Assembly: GCA_964521965.1 (NCBI GenBank)
Contig: CAZFUM010000001.1
Span: 1-55,614, forward strand
Length of the DNA: 55,614 nucleotides
Direction: 5' to 3'
From: an uncultured bacterium
GTDB taxonomy: Bacteria; Oederibacteriota; JAJYGY01; DAIDJD01
Shown: piece after piece, positions 17,436 to 28,828 of the stretch
Layout of the letters: each line of letters begins with the position of its first letter
Numbering within the stretch: position 1 is the first letter of the stretch
The notes under the pieces: model-generated
What the model was told of the DNA's origin: nothing
The model's input: the letters and a program-made list of their open reading frames with translations, nothing else
The model's database searches: none
Program-made: the position numbers and the translations under genes

Positions 17436-18575
17436 ATGATATTCAATACGCCCTGGTTCATCGCGTTTCTCATCATCTACTATGCGATGACCTGGCTCAC
17501 GCCAGGCCCCAAAACACGCTATGCATTGTTATTGATAGCTTGCGCTATTTTTCACACGCATTTCGCTGGACCGTCTGGTGTGGCCCCCATCATCGTCATG
17601 GCGGTCAGCACATACTATATCGCTGGGCCACTTTCACGAGCCCAGGGCGCGCGGCGCATGCACTACCTTTTGCTTGGCCTAGCCGTGCCGGTAGCAGGGC
17701 TGATCTGGTACAAATATCGCGGATTCTTTGGCATGGGCCAGGTTGGCGCTATGCCACTGGCGATTTCGTTTTTCACTTTTGAATTTGCGCATTATCTCAC
17801 TGACATTTACAAGGGTTCGCAGCCCATACGCAATGCGGGTGACTTCACGCTGTTTAGCATCTATTTTCCGTCTATCGTCTCGGGTCCTATCAAGCGCTAT
17901 CAGCCATTCACCGAAAGTCTGAAGCGGGGCATTCCCCATCCCATGCATAATCCTTTGGCCCTCAAAGGCGCAGGCCGCGTGCTGCTAGGTTTTTCTAAGA
18001 AAATGCTCGTGGCCGATAATTGCAGCGTAGCTATCGCTTTACTTGAGAAAGCAGATCAATGGAACACGTCATCTGTCGTTGCCTTAATCGTTTTGCTCAC
18101 CATTCGTATTCTCTTTGACTTTTCTGGCTATTCAGATATCGCCATTGGTCTGGCAGAAATTTGCGGCATTGAAGTGCCGCAGAATTTCAATTTTCCCTAT
18201 GCTGCACGCAACATTCAAGATTTCTGGCGGCGGTGGCATATGTCGCTGTCGAGTTGGATACGCGACTATATTTACATACCGTTGGGTGGTTCACGCGCCG
18301 CACCCTGGCGTCGAGCTCTTAATCTCTTACTCGCCATGGGCCTTTGTGGGCTCTGGCATGGGGCGGCCTGGAACTTTGTGCTCTGGGGCCTTTACCATGG
18401 CATGGGAATGAGCGTTCACGCTCTGTGGGCCAAACGCTTTCCGGCTCCTGAAGGCCGAGATCCATTGCGTTTTGTTTTTTCGTGGGCGCTAACCCTCGTT
18501 TTTGTGGCCTGGGGTTGGTTGCTCTTTACCTATCCATTGGCTAAAGTAATCGAAATTTCCCGCCATCTGTTTTGA
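17436..18575 (+). CDS. MBOAT-family membrane-bound O-acyltransferase (DltB/AlgI/PatA-like)
   Basis: FFTFEFAHYLTDIYKG, SIVSGPIKRY, FWRRWHMSLSSWIRDYIYIPLGG, and GLWHGAAWNFVLWGLYHG with the conserved His. At 379 aa it is closer to DltB size than to AlgI. Confidence 0.9.
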   Translation: MIFNTPWFIAFLIIYYAMTWLTPGPKTRYALLLIACAIFHTHFAGPSGVAPIIVMAVSTYYIAGPLSRAQGARRMHYLLLGLAVPVAGLIWYKYRGFFGMGQVGAMPLAISFFTFEFAHYLTDIYKGSQPIRNAGDFTLFSIYFPSIVSGPIKRYQPFTESLKRGIPHPMHNPLALKGAGRVLLGFSKKMLVADNCSVAIALLEKADQWNTSSVVALIVLLTIRILFDFSGYSDIAIGLAEICGIEVPQNFNFPYAARNIQDFWRRWHMSLSSWIRDYIYIPLGGSRAAPWRRALNLLLAMGLCGLWHGAAWNFVLWGLYHGMGMSVHALWAKRFPAPEGRDPLRFVFSWALTLVFVAWGWLLFTYPLAKVIEISRHLF

Positions 18576-18588
18576 GGCCTGCCTAAAA

Positions 18589-20123
<1,535 letters not shown>

Positions 20124-20127
20124 GCAT

Positions 20128-21309
20128 ATGAAGCTTCACGAATACCAAGCCAAAGACTTGCTCGAGGCTACCGGCGTCAAAGTGCTCAAAGGCTTTGTGG
20201 CCAGCCAGAAGAGCGAGATTGAGGGCGCTATTTCAAAATTAAGCGACAAGGGCCCCTGGGTCGTTAAAGCCCAAGTACACGCAGGCGGCCGCGGCAAGGC
20301 TGGTGGCGTCAAGCTGGCCAAGACCAAGCCGGAACTTAAAGAAAAGGCCGAGGCCATTCTGGGCATGACCCTGATCTCAAACCAGACTGGTCCCCAAGGC
20401 GTATTGGTGAAAAAGATTTTGTTGGTTGAGGCTGTGGACATCGCTAAAGAAATCTATGTTTCGATTTTAATGGACCGCAAAGTTGGCAAGCCTTTGGTCA
20501 TTGCCTCGGCTGAAGGCGGCATGGAAATCGAAGAACTAGCCAAGACCAACCCTGAAAAGATTCTCAAAGTGCATTTGGACCCCCTGGCCGGCATGCAGGC
20601 CTATCAAGCCCGTGATTTGGCTTATCAATTGGCTCCTGGCGAGCCGGCAGACAGCACCGTATACGCCAATCTCACCGAGTTGCTGCTGGGCCTTTCGCGC
20701 GCGTTCTTTAAGTACGATGCCAGCCTGGTCGAGGTGAACCCCTTAATTATCACGCCTGACAAGCAGGTCATTGCTTTAGACGCCAAAGTGGCCATTGAAG
20801 ACAACGCCCTTTACCGTCATCCTGAAATCGAAGCCATGCGCGACGTGGCCGAAGAAAACCCCAAAGAAGTCAAAGCTGCTGAAGCTGGCCTGAATTACAT
20901 CTCTTTGGACGGCAACATCGGCTGCTTGGTCAATGGCGCTGGACTGGCCATGGCTACGATGGATTTGATCAAACTGCACGGCGGCTCGCCCAATAACTTC
21001 TTAGACGTTGGCGGTGGAGCCAACAAAGACACCATGCTAGCGGCATTTAAGCTGCTACTCAGCGATACCCAAGTCAAAGGCATATTAGTCAATATTTTTG
21101 GCGGCATTGTGCGTTGCGATCTCGTGGCCCAGGGTGTGATTGATGCGGCCAAAGAAGTGAAGCTGACCGTTCCCATGGTTGTGCGCTTAGAGGGCACTAA
21201 TTCAGAAGAAGGCCGAAAACTTATCGCCAACTCAGGACTTCCCATCACCCCTGCCGATGGTTTCAATGACGCGACTTTGAAAATCGTTGCGGCTGTGGGG
21301 GGAAAATAA
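20128..21309 (+). CDS. sucC: Succinyl-CoA synthetase beta subunit
   Basis: [47 protein letters not shown], and [10 protein letters not shown]. Confidence 0.95.
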   Translation: MKLHEYQAKDLLEATGVKVLKGFVASQKSEIEGAISKLSDKGPWVVKAQVHAGGRGKAGGVKLAKTKPELKEKAEAILGMTLISNQTGPQGVLVKKILLVEAVDIAKEIYVSILMDRKVGKPLVIASAEGGMEIEELAKTNPEKILKVHLDPLAGMQAYQARDLAYQLAPGEPADSTVYANLTELLLGLSRAFFKYDASLVEVNPLIITPDKQVIALDAKVAIEDNALYRHPEIEAMRDVAEENPKEVKAAEAGLNYISLDGNIGCLVNGAGLAMATMDLIKLHGGSPNNFLDVGGGANKDTMLAAFKLLLSDTQVKGILVNIFGGIVRCDLVAQGVIDAAKEVKLTVPMVVRLEGTNSEEGRKLIANSGLPITPADGFNDATLKIVAAVGGK

Positions 21310-21310
21310 T

Positions 21311-22189
21311 ATGTCGATCATTATCAACAAGAATACAAAAGTTCTATTTCAAGGCATTGGCAAGGCCGGCAGCTTTCACCTCAAAGGCTGCAAAGACTAT
21401 GGCAGCAAGGTGGTCGCGGGTGTGCAGCCCAAAAAAGGCGGCACCACGGTTGAGGGCGTGCCTGCATTTAATACGGTACGCCAAGCTGTCAAAGAAACCG
21501 GCGCTGATGCGAGCGCCATCTTTGTGCCAGCTCCTGGCTGCGCTGACGCCATCCTCGAAGCTGCCGACGCGGGTATCAAAACTATTGTTTGCATCACCGA
21601 AGGCATCCCCGTGCTGGACATGAGCCGCACCAAGCAGATCCTGCGTCAGCAGTATCCTGACGTGCGCCTGATCGGCCCCAACTGCCCTGGCATCATCACC
21701 GTGGACGAATGCAAAATCGGCATCATGCCGGGCTATATTCACAAAAAAGGCAAATGCGGCATTGTGTCAAAATCAGGCACGTTGACCTATGAAGCCGTGC
21801 ACCAAACGACGACCGCAGGCTTTGGCCAGACAACCTGTGTGGGCATTGGCGGCGATCCGATCCTAGGTTCCACTTACTTAGACATTCTGCCTTTATTTGA
21901 AAAAGATCCCGACACCGAGATCATCGTGCTCATCGGCGAAATCGGCGGCGATGCAGAAAAGCAGGCCGCTGAATATTGGAAAGCCAATATGAAAAAGCCT
22001 ATCGTCGCCTTTGTAGCTGGCCGCACAGCCCCTGCAGGCAAGCGCATGGGCCACGCTGGCGCCATCATCGGCGGCGCAGACGACACCGCTGACGCCAAAC
22101 TCAAAATGCTAGCTAGCTATGGCATCTACACCGTAGAGAATCCGAGCATGATCGGGGCCAAGGTGGCTGAAGTGCTAGGCAAAAAATAG
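21311..22189 (+). CDS. sucD: Succinyl-CoA synthetase alpha subunit
   Basis: ATG 21311 lies 1 nt after the sucC stop; the track ORF opens earlier, at 21287. [23 protein letters not shown], and the phospho-His motif MGHAGAII. Confidence 0.95.
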   Translation: MSIIINKNTKVLFQGIGKAGSFHLKGCKDYGSKVVAGVQPKKGGTTVEGVPAFNTVRQAVKETGADASAIFVPAPGCADAILEAADAGIKTIVCITEGIPVLDMSRTKQILRQQYPDVRLIGPNCPGIITVDECKIGIMPGYIHKKGKCGIVSKSGTLTYEAVHQTTTAGFGQTTCVGIGGDPILGSTYLDILPLFEKDPDTEIIVLIGEIGGDAEKQAAEYWKANMKKPIVAFVAGRTAPAGKRMGHAGAIIGGADDTADAKLKMLASYGIYTVENPSMIGAKVAEVLGKK

Positions 22190-22212
22190 ATATTCATATG
22201 TATTATGCAAAA

Positions 22213-22251
22213 TAAAAAAAAGCCCCGCATTGCTGCGGGGCTTTTTGTTTT
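22213..22251. terminator. Bidirectional rho-independent terminator between sucD and gltA
   Basis: aaaaaaaa-agccccgca (22221-22229) / tgcggggct (22234-22242)-ttttgttttt, with a 4-nt loop. Confidence 0.8.
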
Positions 22252-22267
22252 TAAGAGGGAACTAAGT

Positions 22268-23452
22268 TCAGCGCTTATCGATGGGCACGTACTCCACGCC
22301 CACGGGGCCGACCCACTCGCCTTCAGGGCGGATGAGGCGGTTATTGGCGAGTTGCTCCATGACGTGGGCCAGCCAACCTGAGACGCGGCTGAGGGCAAAG
22401 ATGGGCGTGTACATTTCTAAGTCAATGCCCATGCAGTAATAAACCGAGGCCGAATAGAAGTCGACGTTGGGATAAATATTCTTGATTTCGAGCATAGCCT
22501 GCTCAACTTCACGGCTCAGCAAGTACATATACTCGTGGCCGGTCTTTTTGCAGAGTTCTTCGCTCATCTTGCGCAAATGGGTGGCACGGGGATCTTCTGT
22601 CTTATACATGCGATGACCAAAACCCATAATCTTTTTCTTCTTCTCTAAGCCATCTTTCACCCATTCTTTGGCAATCTTCGGGTCTTTGATTTCGAGCAGC
22701 ATGCGCGCCACAGCTGTATTAGCGCCGCCGTGCAACGGGCCTTTGAGGGCTCCAATAGCCGCCACGACCGCGCTATGCGGGTCAGTCAGGGTACCGGCCG
22801 CTACGCGAGCTGTAAATGTCGATGCGTTGAATTCATGGTCTGCATGCAAGACGAGGCATTTATCAAACATCTTTTCGGTTTGCTGATCAGGGTCAGTGCC
22901 GGTCATGCAGCGCAAAAAATTAAAGGCAATACTTTTGCCGGGTGTAGGCTGAATAAGCGCCTGACCTTTCATCACACGTTGCAACGCAGCAACTAAGGGA
23001 CCCATTTGGGCCGTTAATCGGATAGCACGAGCCACGTTAGCGCTGTCCATGGCATAGCCAGAGCCATCACTCTTAAGCTGGCCCATCATAGACTGGCCAT
23101 TGGCAGGCGTTGCGTTGTTATCTTCTTTGTATTTGCGCTCGGTCAACGCCAGGTTAGCGACAGCGGCTTGCAGCAATGACATGGGATTTGCGTCACCAGG
23201 AAATTGCTTGATAAGGGCCTCAGTTTCGCTAGGCAACTTGATTTCGGCCCAAAGTTTTTGGTTAAAAGTATCCAGCTCGGATTTCTTAGGTAGTCGCCCG
23301 AACCAGAGCAACCAAATGCACTCTTCAAACGAACAATGATCTGCGACATCGTGAATTGAAAGGCCGCGATAGGTGAGTACACCCAGCTTACCGTCAATTG
23401 TGCTGATAGCTGTTTGGCCTGCAATAATTCCTTCGAGTCCGCCGCCCGCCAT
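22268..23452 (-). CDS. gltA: Citrate synthase (short form of about 390 aa)
   Basis: LVLHADHEFNASTF, GALKGPLHGGAN, MGFGHRMYKTEDPR, and DFYSA motifs. Confidence 0.95.
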   Translation of the reverse strand: MAGGGLEGIIAGQTAISTIDGKLGVLTYRGLSIHDVADHCSFEECIWLLWFGRLPKKSELDTFNQKLWAEIKLPSETEALIKQFPGDANPMSLLQAAVANLALTERKYKEDNNATPANGQSMMGQLKSDGSGYAMDSANVARAIRLTAQMGPLVAALQRVMKGQALIQPTPGKSIAFNFLRCMTGTDPDQQTEKMFDKCLVLHADHEFNASTFTARVAAGTLTDPHSAVVAAIGALKGPLHGGANTAVARMLLEIKDPKIAKEWVKDGLEKKKKIMGFGHRMYKTEDPRATHLRKMSEELCKKTGHEYMYLLSREVEQAMLEIKNIYPNVDFYSASVYYCMGIDLEMYTPIFALSRVSGWLAHVMEQLANNRLIRPEGEWVGPVGVEYVPIDKR

Positions 23453-23486
23453 TGAAACCTCATAGAATAAAAGTCGAAACCGCCCT

Positions 23487-23516
23487 GATTCTAGTCAGCC
23501 AGGCCATACCCTGACA
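23487..23516 (-). promoter_or_regulatory. Candidate sigma70-type promoter for gltA
   Basis: The minus strand reads TTGTCA-18 nt-TAGAAT, about 30 nt upstream of a GAGG SD and the ATG at 23452. Confidence 0.3.
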
Positions 23517-23551
23517 AGCTAAAACAGGCAAAATTAAGCTCTTTTAGGTAT

Positions 23552-25507
23552 TCAATTCAAGATTCTTCGCACATCTGCACGACTTGGATCAAGTTCAAGT
23601 ACTTTCTGAAAGGCTTGGCGTCCCTCGGCGGGGCGCCCCGTCTTAAAATACGTTACCCCTAGGTTATACCAAGCATCAATATAGCCTGGCTTATTACTAA
23701 GACTTTGGCGGTAGGCAAGTTCGGCTTCTTGCATGCGCCCCATGCGGTGCAGGGCATTGCCGCGGTTATAGGGAAATTCGTGGCTGCTCGCATCCCAAAC
23801 TTCAGCGTCCTCATAAAGTTTGAGCGCATCGGCCAAGGCGCCGGATTCTTCAGCTAAGGTGCCCAAAGAATTATGAAAAATCGCAAAATCATTCACCATC
23901 AGCTTGCGACTATTAACGTCTAGCTTTGGATCACGGTAGCCACGCTTGCGAACTAAGGCCAGATTGTGGCGGCCACGCTGAAGCCAATCTTTAGGTGCCG
24001 CTGCAGCCAAAACCAGGGGCTGATAGATTTGACCCGCAGGTAGCAGGCGCCAGCCATTCAGCTCTTTGGGCAACTCGTTATAGGTGAAAAACTGGGGCTT
24101 TTCGGCATTGAGGCGAAGCAGTGCTTCGAGTATGGCAGGGGTAGATTCATTGCCAGCGCGAGTATCCACCCAAGGCAGCCGCATAGCCGGAAAACGCCGA
24201 GCCAAATCTTCACGTACCCAACGCATAGGCAATAACGGCACACCCACGATTGCCACGTCCCTGCGTTCTCCTTTGACAAACTGGGCATACCAAAGGGGAA
24301 ATACCGACGCATCGCCCGAAGTATAAAGCACTGAGTTGCGTGGCAGAGCTGCCAAAACATCTCGGGCTCTGTCGAGCGCCATGAAATATTGCGAGCGATC
24401 GCGCTTAGAAAATTGGGTTGCACCCACAGTCAAGAGACCTGCGCTGCATATAATTAAGAAGGCCGGGCTCCATTTTTTTGGCAACTTACTAAAAAGCCAT
24501 GCTGCAAGAAGGCCTTGGCAAAGATAAGCAGGGAACAAATAGGGTTCCATAATTTCAAGTCGTTCTGCCGCCAGATTGAGATAAAACGTCACAGCCAGCA
24601 ATGGAGCCAACACCCCCAGCACAAGGGCGTTGACCCAAGCATCGCGGCGCCCATGCCATGCTGCCCAAGCAGCCAAGGGCAGCGCCACATAATGGCCTTC
24701 ACGCAAGAGATAGCCCAACGCCTCACGTAATTGCTGCCAGGAGCCTGCCAGACTTCGCGTGCCCTCGGCAGCGGCATATTGCGCTCTTAGAAAATAAAAA
24801 AAGAAATCTCCCAAGGAATTAAATTCGCCCCAATGCACCGGTGGACTTGATGCTGAACGCAAAGGGAAATAGGCGTATAACGTGAGTCCTGGCAAAAGCA
24901 GCCAGCTTTGACGCAACCATAACCGCCACGCCAAAGGCTTGCCTTGGCGAGCCAAGATGAAGAATGCGGGTGCTAGCACGAGTTGACTCATGTAGTGGTG
25001 AGCCGCGCCCAGGCCTAACAAAAGCCAGAAAGCAGCGTACCGCTGCTTCTCACGCATGACCAGAGTTAGGACCAAAATTTCTGCCAGGGTGATGGCATTG
25101 TTCAAGCCATAAACCGAGCCTTTGGCGATCAAAGCCTGGCGCCAAAAAGCGGGCCCAAGCCCAATTGCGATAGCAGCCAAAATGGCTAACCAGAAGTTTC
25201 GGGTTAGAGACAAAACCCAAAAACCTAGCAGCCCAGCGGTTAGAGAAAACCAAAAAGCCGAAGCCGCGGCCAATCGCCAGCCCGCATCACCTAGAGGCAG
25301 GATGCAGGCCGTACGGTGCAACAACGTGTGAAGGGGATATCCGGGCGGATGGCCTATGCTAAGGGTCCAGGCCAGGGTCGCGGTCTCGCCGCTGTCATCG
25401 AGATAAATTGACGACGAAAGCGTCTGCAGGTAAAAAACGAAAACAGTCAAAAAAAGAGCCGCCCCCAGGGCGGCTCTTTTTTGAATTGGGATACTATCGG
25501 GCGTCAT
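23552..25507 (-). CDS. DUF2723 / TMEM260-like polytopic GT-C-fold glycosyltransferase with C-terminal TPR repeats
   Basis: The N-terminal YLDDSGETATLAWTLSIGHPPGYPLHTLL motif is typical of DUF2723. At least 10 TM segments. C-terminal TPRs (RGNALHRMGRMQEAELAYRQSLSNKPGYIDAWYNLGVTYFKTGR). Confidence 0.8.
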   Translation of the reverse strand: MTPDSIPIQKRAALGAALFLTVFVFYLQTLSSSIYLDDSGETATLAWTLSIGHPPGYPLHTLLHRTACILPLGDAGWRLAAASAFWFSLTAGLLGFWVLSLTRNFWLAILAAIAIGLGPAFWRQALIAKGSVYGLNNAITLAEILVLTLVMREKQRYAAFWLLLGLGAAHHYMSQLVLAPAFFILARQGKPLAWRLWLRQSWLLLPGLTLYAYFPLRSASSPPVHWGEFNSLGDFFFYFLRAQYAAAEGTRSLAGSWQQLREALGYLLREGHYVALPLAAWAAWHGRRDAWVNALVLGVLAPLLAVTFYLNLAAERLEIMEPYLFPAYLCQGLLAAWLFSKLPKKWSPAFLIICSAGLLTVGATQFSKRDRSQYFMALDRARDVLAALPRNSVLYTSGDASVFPLWYAQFVKGERRDVAIVGVPLLPMRWVREDLARRFPAMRLPWVDTRAGNESTPAILEALLRLNAEKPQFFTYNELPKELNGWRLLPAGQIYQPLVLAAAAPKDWLQRGRHNLALVRKRGYRDPKLDVNSRKLMVNDFAIFHNSLGTLAEESGALADALKLYEDAEVWDASSHEFPYNRGNALHRMGRMQEAELAYRQSLSNKPGYIDAWYNLGVTYFKTGRPAEGRQAFQKVLELDPSRADVRRILN

Positions 25508-25516
25508 GAACCTGAC

Positions 25517-25915
25517 TCAGGCGTTGAAATACTTGTCCAAAAAATCCATTGTATTATCCTCGTCACGCACAACATGCAAACCCATCGCCCAGTGGCCATA
25601 CAAATTGAAGGCATTACGCTTAACACGCGCCACGTGAGTTGTGATACGCATTTTTGTTTTCGCTCGATTCTCGAGGGTCAAGGTGACATCAAGCACGGTT
25701 TTTAAATCAAGCTCAACATCTGAATTGATGAGCAGGCCCGTCCGGCTAATATTGATCGTACGTCCGCCAAAACTATCGCCTGGACGCATCATGGTGCGCC
25801 CTACACGAAGCATCGGCAACGCCACTACCTTGCATTCTACTGGCAACACCTTGGTAACTCGCTTGGCGATGCGTGTTTCATCGACAACCTTTTTTGCGCG
25901 TTTTGAAACGGCCAT
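25517..25915 (-). CDS. PilZ-domain protein (predicted c-di-GMP receptor)
   Basis: ATG 25915 has GAGG 5 nt upstream. An RxxxR element (RIAKR) and N-x-S-x-x-G (NISRTG) are spaced about 37 aa apart. The longer track ORF (to 26011) would run through the tRNA-Leu gene. Confidence 0.7.
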   Translation of the reverse strand: MAVSKRAKKVVDETRIAKRVTKVLPVECKVVALPMLRVGRTMMRPGDSFGGRTINISRTGLLINSDVELDLKTVLDVTLTLENRAKTKMRITTHVARVKRNAFNLYGHWAMGLHVVRDEDNTMDFLDKYFNA

Positions 25916-25933
25916 GCCTGCCTCAAAAAATAG

Positions 25934-26017
25934 TGCCGAAGGAGAGACTCGAACTCTCATGCCCTTGCGGACGGAGGATTTTGAGTCCTCTGCGTCTACC
26001 AGTTCCACCACTTCGGC
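25934..26017 (-). tRNA. tRNA-Leu (CAA), class II with a long variable arm
   Basis: The reverse complement is GCCGAAGTGGTGGAACTGGTAGACGCAGAGGACTCAAAATCCTCCGTCCGCAAGGGCATGAGAGTTCGAGTCTCTCCTTCGGCA. Acceptor GCCGAAG/CTTCGGC. Anticodon loop CTCAAAA. CCA is not encoded. Confidence 0.9.
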
Positions 26018-26028
26018 TTGCGGCCGTC

Positions 26029-26057
26029 ATGTTAAATTTTTCATAGAATTGGGTCAA
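26029..26057 (-). promoter_or_regulatory. Candidate sigma70-type promoter driving tRNA-Leu (and possibly the downstream PilZ gene)
   Basis: The minus strand reads TTGACC-17 nt-TAACAT. The -10 element ends 11 nt before the mature tRNA 5' end. Confidence 0.4.
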
Positions 26058-26193
26058 AGGTTTTTATCGACTAAATACCGGAAAGGCCCATATTTTATAG
26101 CTCTTTTGGTTTGACAATCATTTTGACAGGTGTTACCTTGAAGGTTGCGCTAGGCTAAAAAGACATAAAAGCTCGAAAAATTCGGGGCTTTTC

Positions 26194-28782
26194 GTGGCAG
26201 ATGACAAAAAAACAGTCGTTAAAATGGCTTATATCTATTCCCAGGAAGGTCGCTGGGAAAAAGCCATTGCTGAATATAAAAAGCTGATTAAGCTCGATCC
26301 TGAAGACTTTAATGCCCAGAACATGATGGGTGATGTTTATGTCAAAAAGGGAGAGGCGCAACCAGCTTTTGAATCCTATTGGATTGCCTCTGAAGCCTAT
26401 TCACGCCTTGGCCAAATGGAAAAAGCCGGGGTAGTTTATCGAAAAATTGCAAAACTTGATCCGAAACTACTCACTCCTGAATCACAAAAAAAACAGGTCG
26501 TTTTTCAAAAACTAGCAGAAGGCGACGCCGCCCTCGAAGCGGGCGAATTTGACAGAGCCATCGAAGCCTATCAAGCCGTACTGCAACTTGACCCTGAACG
26601 TTTTGATATATTCCAAAAACTGGGTGACCTTCACCTTCGCAAAGGTGAGCTCGAAAAAGCCGTGCGCCAGTACAAAGATATTGCCGACATTTATTTCAAA
26701 AATAAATTGCACAAAAAAGCCGCCCCAATTTACAAGAAAATCATTGAGCTAGACCCATCTGATGTCGATGCACACGCAGCCATGGGCGAGATCCACGCTA
26801 AGTCTGGCAACGAAAGCGACGCCAAAAAAGAATACTTATTAATAGCTGAGGCCATGCTCAATAAGGGCGACCTCGACACGGCCATGAATTTTGCCAAAAA
26901 AGCTGTGGCACTCAAAAGCATTGAAGCCTATTTCTACCTTGGCCAGGTCCTCTTCAAGCAAGGTAAGTTTGACGAAGCCAAAGCTGAATACGAGAAATTA
27001 TTACGCGTAAAGAGCAACCATGCTGGCGCCCTCATTAGCATGGGCCAGATTCAACTCAAGGCTGGTAGTGCCGACGAAGCCCTAAAGAATTTCGAGAAGG
27101 CTCTCAAGGTAGACAAAAACAATCTCGAAGCTTACGAGCTAGCTGCAGCGCAACTGGCCGTGAAGGGCCAAAATCAGCAAGCGGCAGTTTATTTAGCCGA
27201 AGCTTCAGCTATAGCGGCCATGGGCAACCAAACTGAAAGAGCGGCTGAGCTAGCGCAACGGGCCAAAGGTTTGGATCCTGCAGTCAAAATGACTGATAGT
27301 CAGGGCGCAGAGAACAACGCCAATATTGAAGGCAGCGGTCAAACAGCTGCACCCCTAAGCCCGCCTGCCCCTGTGACAACATTCACTCCCTCTAGCTCGA
27401 CAGCGCCAACGCCAGAGCCAGAGCCTTTACACGAAGAACTGCCCAGTTCTGCTCCGGCACTGCCACCCCTACCCGTGATCGCAAGTTTCGCGATGCCTCC
27501 GGCCCCAGCACCACAGCTCGAAGCGCCTGCCCAAGATCCACAAGAAGAGCGCAGCACTTTATTGACCATGGCGCAGAATTTAATGGCCGAAGGATCGCTG
27601 GATGAGGCGCTCAGTGTCTATCAACGCATCCTTACAGATTTTCCTGAGGATGCCGAAGCCAAAGCTGGCCAACGACGAGTATTCAGCCTCTTGGCTCAAG
27701 ACGCCATGGGTGGGGCTGTTCCTGCCATAGCCCATACGGCACAAGAAGACGAAGCGCGTCGCAAGGCAGAGGTCGATTCAGCCAAACTGCGCGCCGAAGA
27801 AGATGCTAGGCTCAAAGCCGACGCCGCCGACGCCTCTGCGCGCCTAGAACAATTGCGCCAGCAGGCAGAAGATGAACAAAGAAAATTGGTTGAAATGCGC
27901 CGTGCCCAAGATGAAGCGCACAGAAAGGCCGAGGCAGAAGAAATTGCGCTTCGTGAAGCTGCCGACGCCCGACGCAAAGCTGAAGATGAAACAGCTCGTA
28001 AGAAGCAGGAAGAAGATAGCAAACGTCTGAGCGAAGACGAGCTTCGCAAGCAGGTCGAGACGCAAATACGCAAACAGCTCGAAGAAGAATATCGACGCAA
28101 AGCCGAAGAAGATGCCCGCAAAAGAGCTGATGAAGAAGTAGAACGCAGGGTCGAAGAAGCGCGCAAGAAAGCCGAAGAAGAGGCCCGCACAAAAGTCGAA
28201 GAAGAGACGCGTAGAATATTTGCGGAAGAGAGCAAAAAGCTCGACGCGGAAAAGGATGATACTCGAAAAATGCTCCAGGCCGAGATGCGCTTAGCTATCG
28301 AAGCGCAAGAAAAAGCCAAATTCGACCAAGAGTCCCTGACTAAAGTAGATGCTGAGCGCAAAAAGGCCGAGTTCGAGACCAAGCAAAAAATTCAACAAGA
28401 GGTGCTAGCTCGCGTACAATCCCAACAAAAAGAGAAGCAGGCGGTCTACCAGAAGACCATTGAAGAAATTCGCAGAAAAGTCGAAGAAGCTAAACAACTA
28501 CCCGGTGAATCAGCCAAGCCTGCTCCGGCGCAAGCTAGCAGCGCAGTAGATGAAATGGATGATTTTATGACCGCCACCGTGGCCGATATTTACACCAAAC
28601 AAGGTTTGGTCAAGGAAGCCGTCAAGATTTATGAAAAGATTCTTGCAAGAGAACCCGGCAATGCCGAGATACGAAAAAAGCTTGATGCCTTGACCGGAAA
28701 AGTGCCTGCGCCTGAAATGGCCAGAACTGAAGAAAAAAGCGATGAGAGCACAAAGAAGAAAAGCAAGGTATCCTATCTTTGA
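26194..28782 (+). CDS. Large cytoplasmic TPR protein with a Pro/Thr-rich linker and a long E/K/R/A-rich charged helical (TolA-like / single-alpha-helix-like) region
   Basis: GTG start. About 370 aa of N-terminal TPRs. Linker APLSPPAPVTTFTPSSSTAPTPEPEP. About 250 aa of RKAEEDARKRADEEVERRVEEARKKAEEEARTKVEEE-type sequence. A terminal TPR. No signal peptide. Confidence 0.85.
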   Translation: MADDKKTVVKMAYIYSQEGRWEKAIAEYKKLIKLDPEDFNAQNMMGDVYVKKGEAQPAFESYWIASEAYSRLGQMEKAGVVYRKIAKLDPKLLTPESQKKQVVFQKLAEGDAALEAGEFDRAIEAYQAVLQLDPERFDIFQKLGDLHLRKGELEKAVRQYKDIADIYFKNKLHKKAAPIYKKIIELDPSDVDAHAAMGEIHAKSGNESDAKKEYLLIAEAMLNKGDLDTAMNFAKKAVALKSIEAYFYLGQVLFKQGKFDEAKAEYEKLLRVKSNHAGALISMGQIQLKAGSADEALKNFEKALKVDKNNLEAYELAAAQLAVKGQNQQAAVYLAEASAIAAMGNQTERAAELAQRAKGLDPAVKMTDSQGAENNANIEGSGQTAAPLSPPAPVTTFTPSSSTAPTPEPEPLHEELPSSAPALPPLPVIASFAMPPAPAPQLEAPAQDPQEERSTLLTMAQNLMAEGSLDEALSVYQRILTDFPEDAEAKAGQRRVFSLLAQDAMGGAVPAIAHTAQEDEARRKAEVDSAKLRAEEDARLKADAADASARLEQLRQQAEDEQRKLVEMRRAQDEAHRKAEAEEIALREAADARRKAEDETARKKQEEDSKRLSEDELRKQVETQIRKQLEEEYRRKAEEDARKRADEEVERRVEEARKKAEEEARTKVEEETRRIFAEESKKLDAEKDDTRKMLQAEMRLAIEAQEKAKFDQESLTKVDAERKKAEFETKQKIQQEVLARVQSQQKEKQAVYQKTIEEIRRKVEEAKQLPGESAKPAPAQASSAVDEMDDFMTATVADIYTKQGLVKEAVKIYEKILAREPGNAEIRKKLDALTGKVPAPEMARTEEKSDESTKKKSKVSYL

Positions 28783-28828
28783 TTGCAAGCAGGTTTCCGT
28801 TGCCTGAGCAGATCACAAGGAGCATGGT

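Noticed and set aside
25517-26114. Longer versions of the PilZ ORF (to 26011) and a 157-aa plus-strand ORF (25641-26114)
   Set aside because: Both run through the tRNA-Leu gene (25934-26017). The PilZ gene has a proper SD+ATG at 25915, just downstream of the tRNA. The plus-strand ORF is antisense to PilZ and has no supporting signals.
26100-26193. Tandem TTGACA hexamers (ttgacaatcattttgacagg), considered as the promoter of the TPR/ExeA cluster
   Set aside because: Neither hexamer has a convincing -10 element at 16-18 nt (the best are tacctt and tgcgct). I could not support a call.
27696-28382. A 228-aa Ser/Ala/Arg/Leu-rich antisense ORF, with parallel ORFs at 27812-28192 and 27844-28065
   Set aside because: It is a mirror image of the GAA/GAG/AAG/CGC-rich charged-helix segment of the TPR gene. 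Low-complexity sense sequence lacks stop codons on the opposite strand, so these are artefacts.
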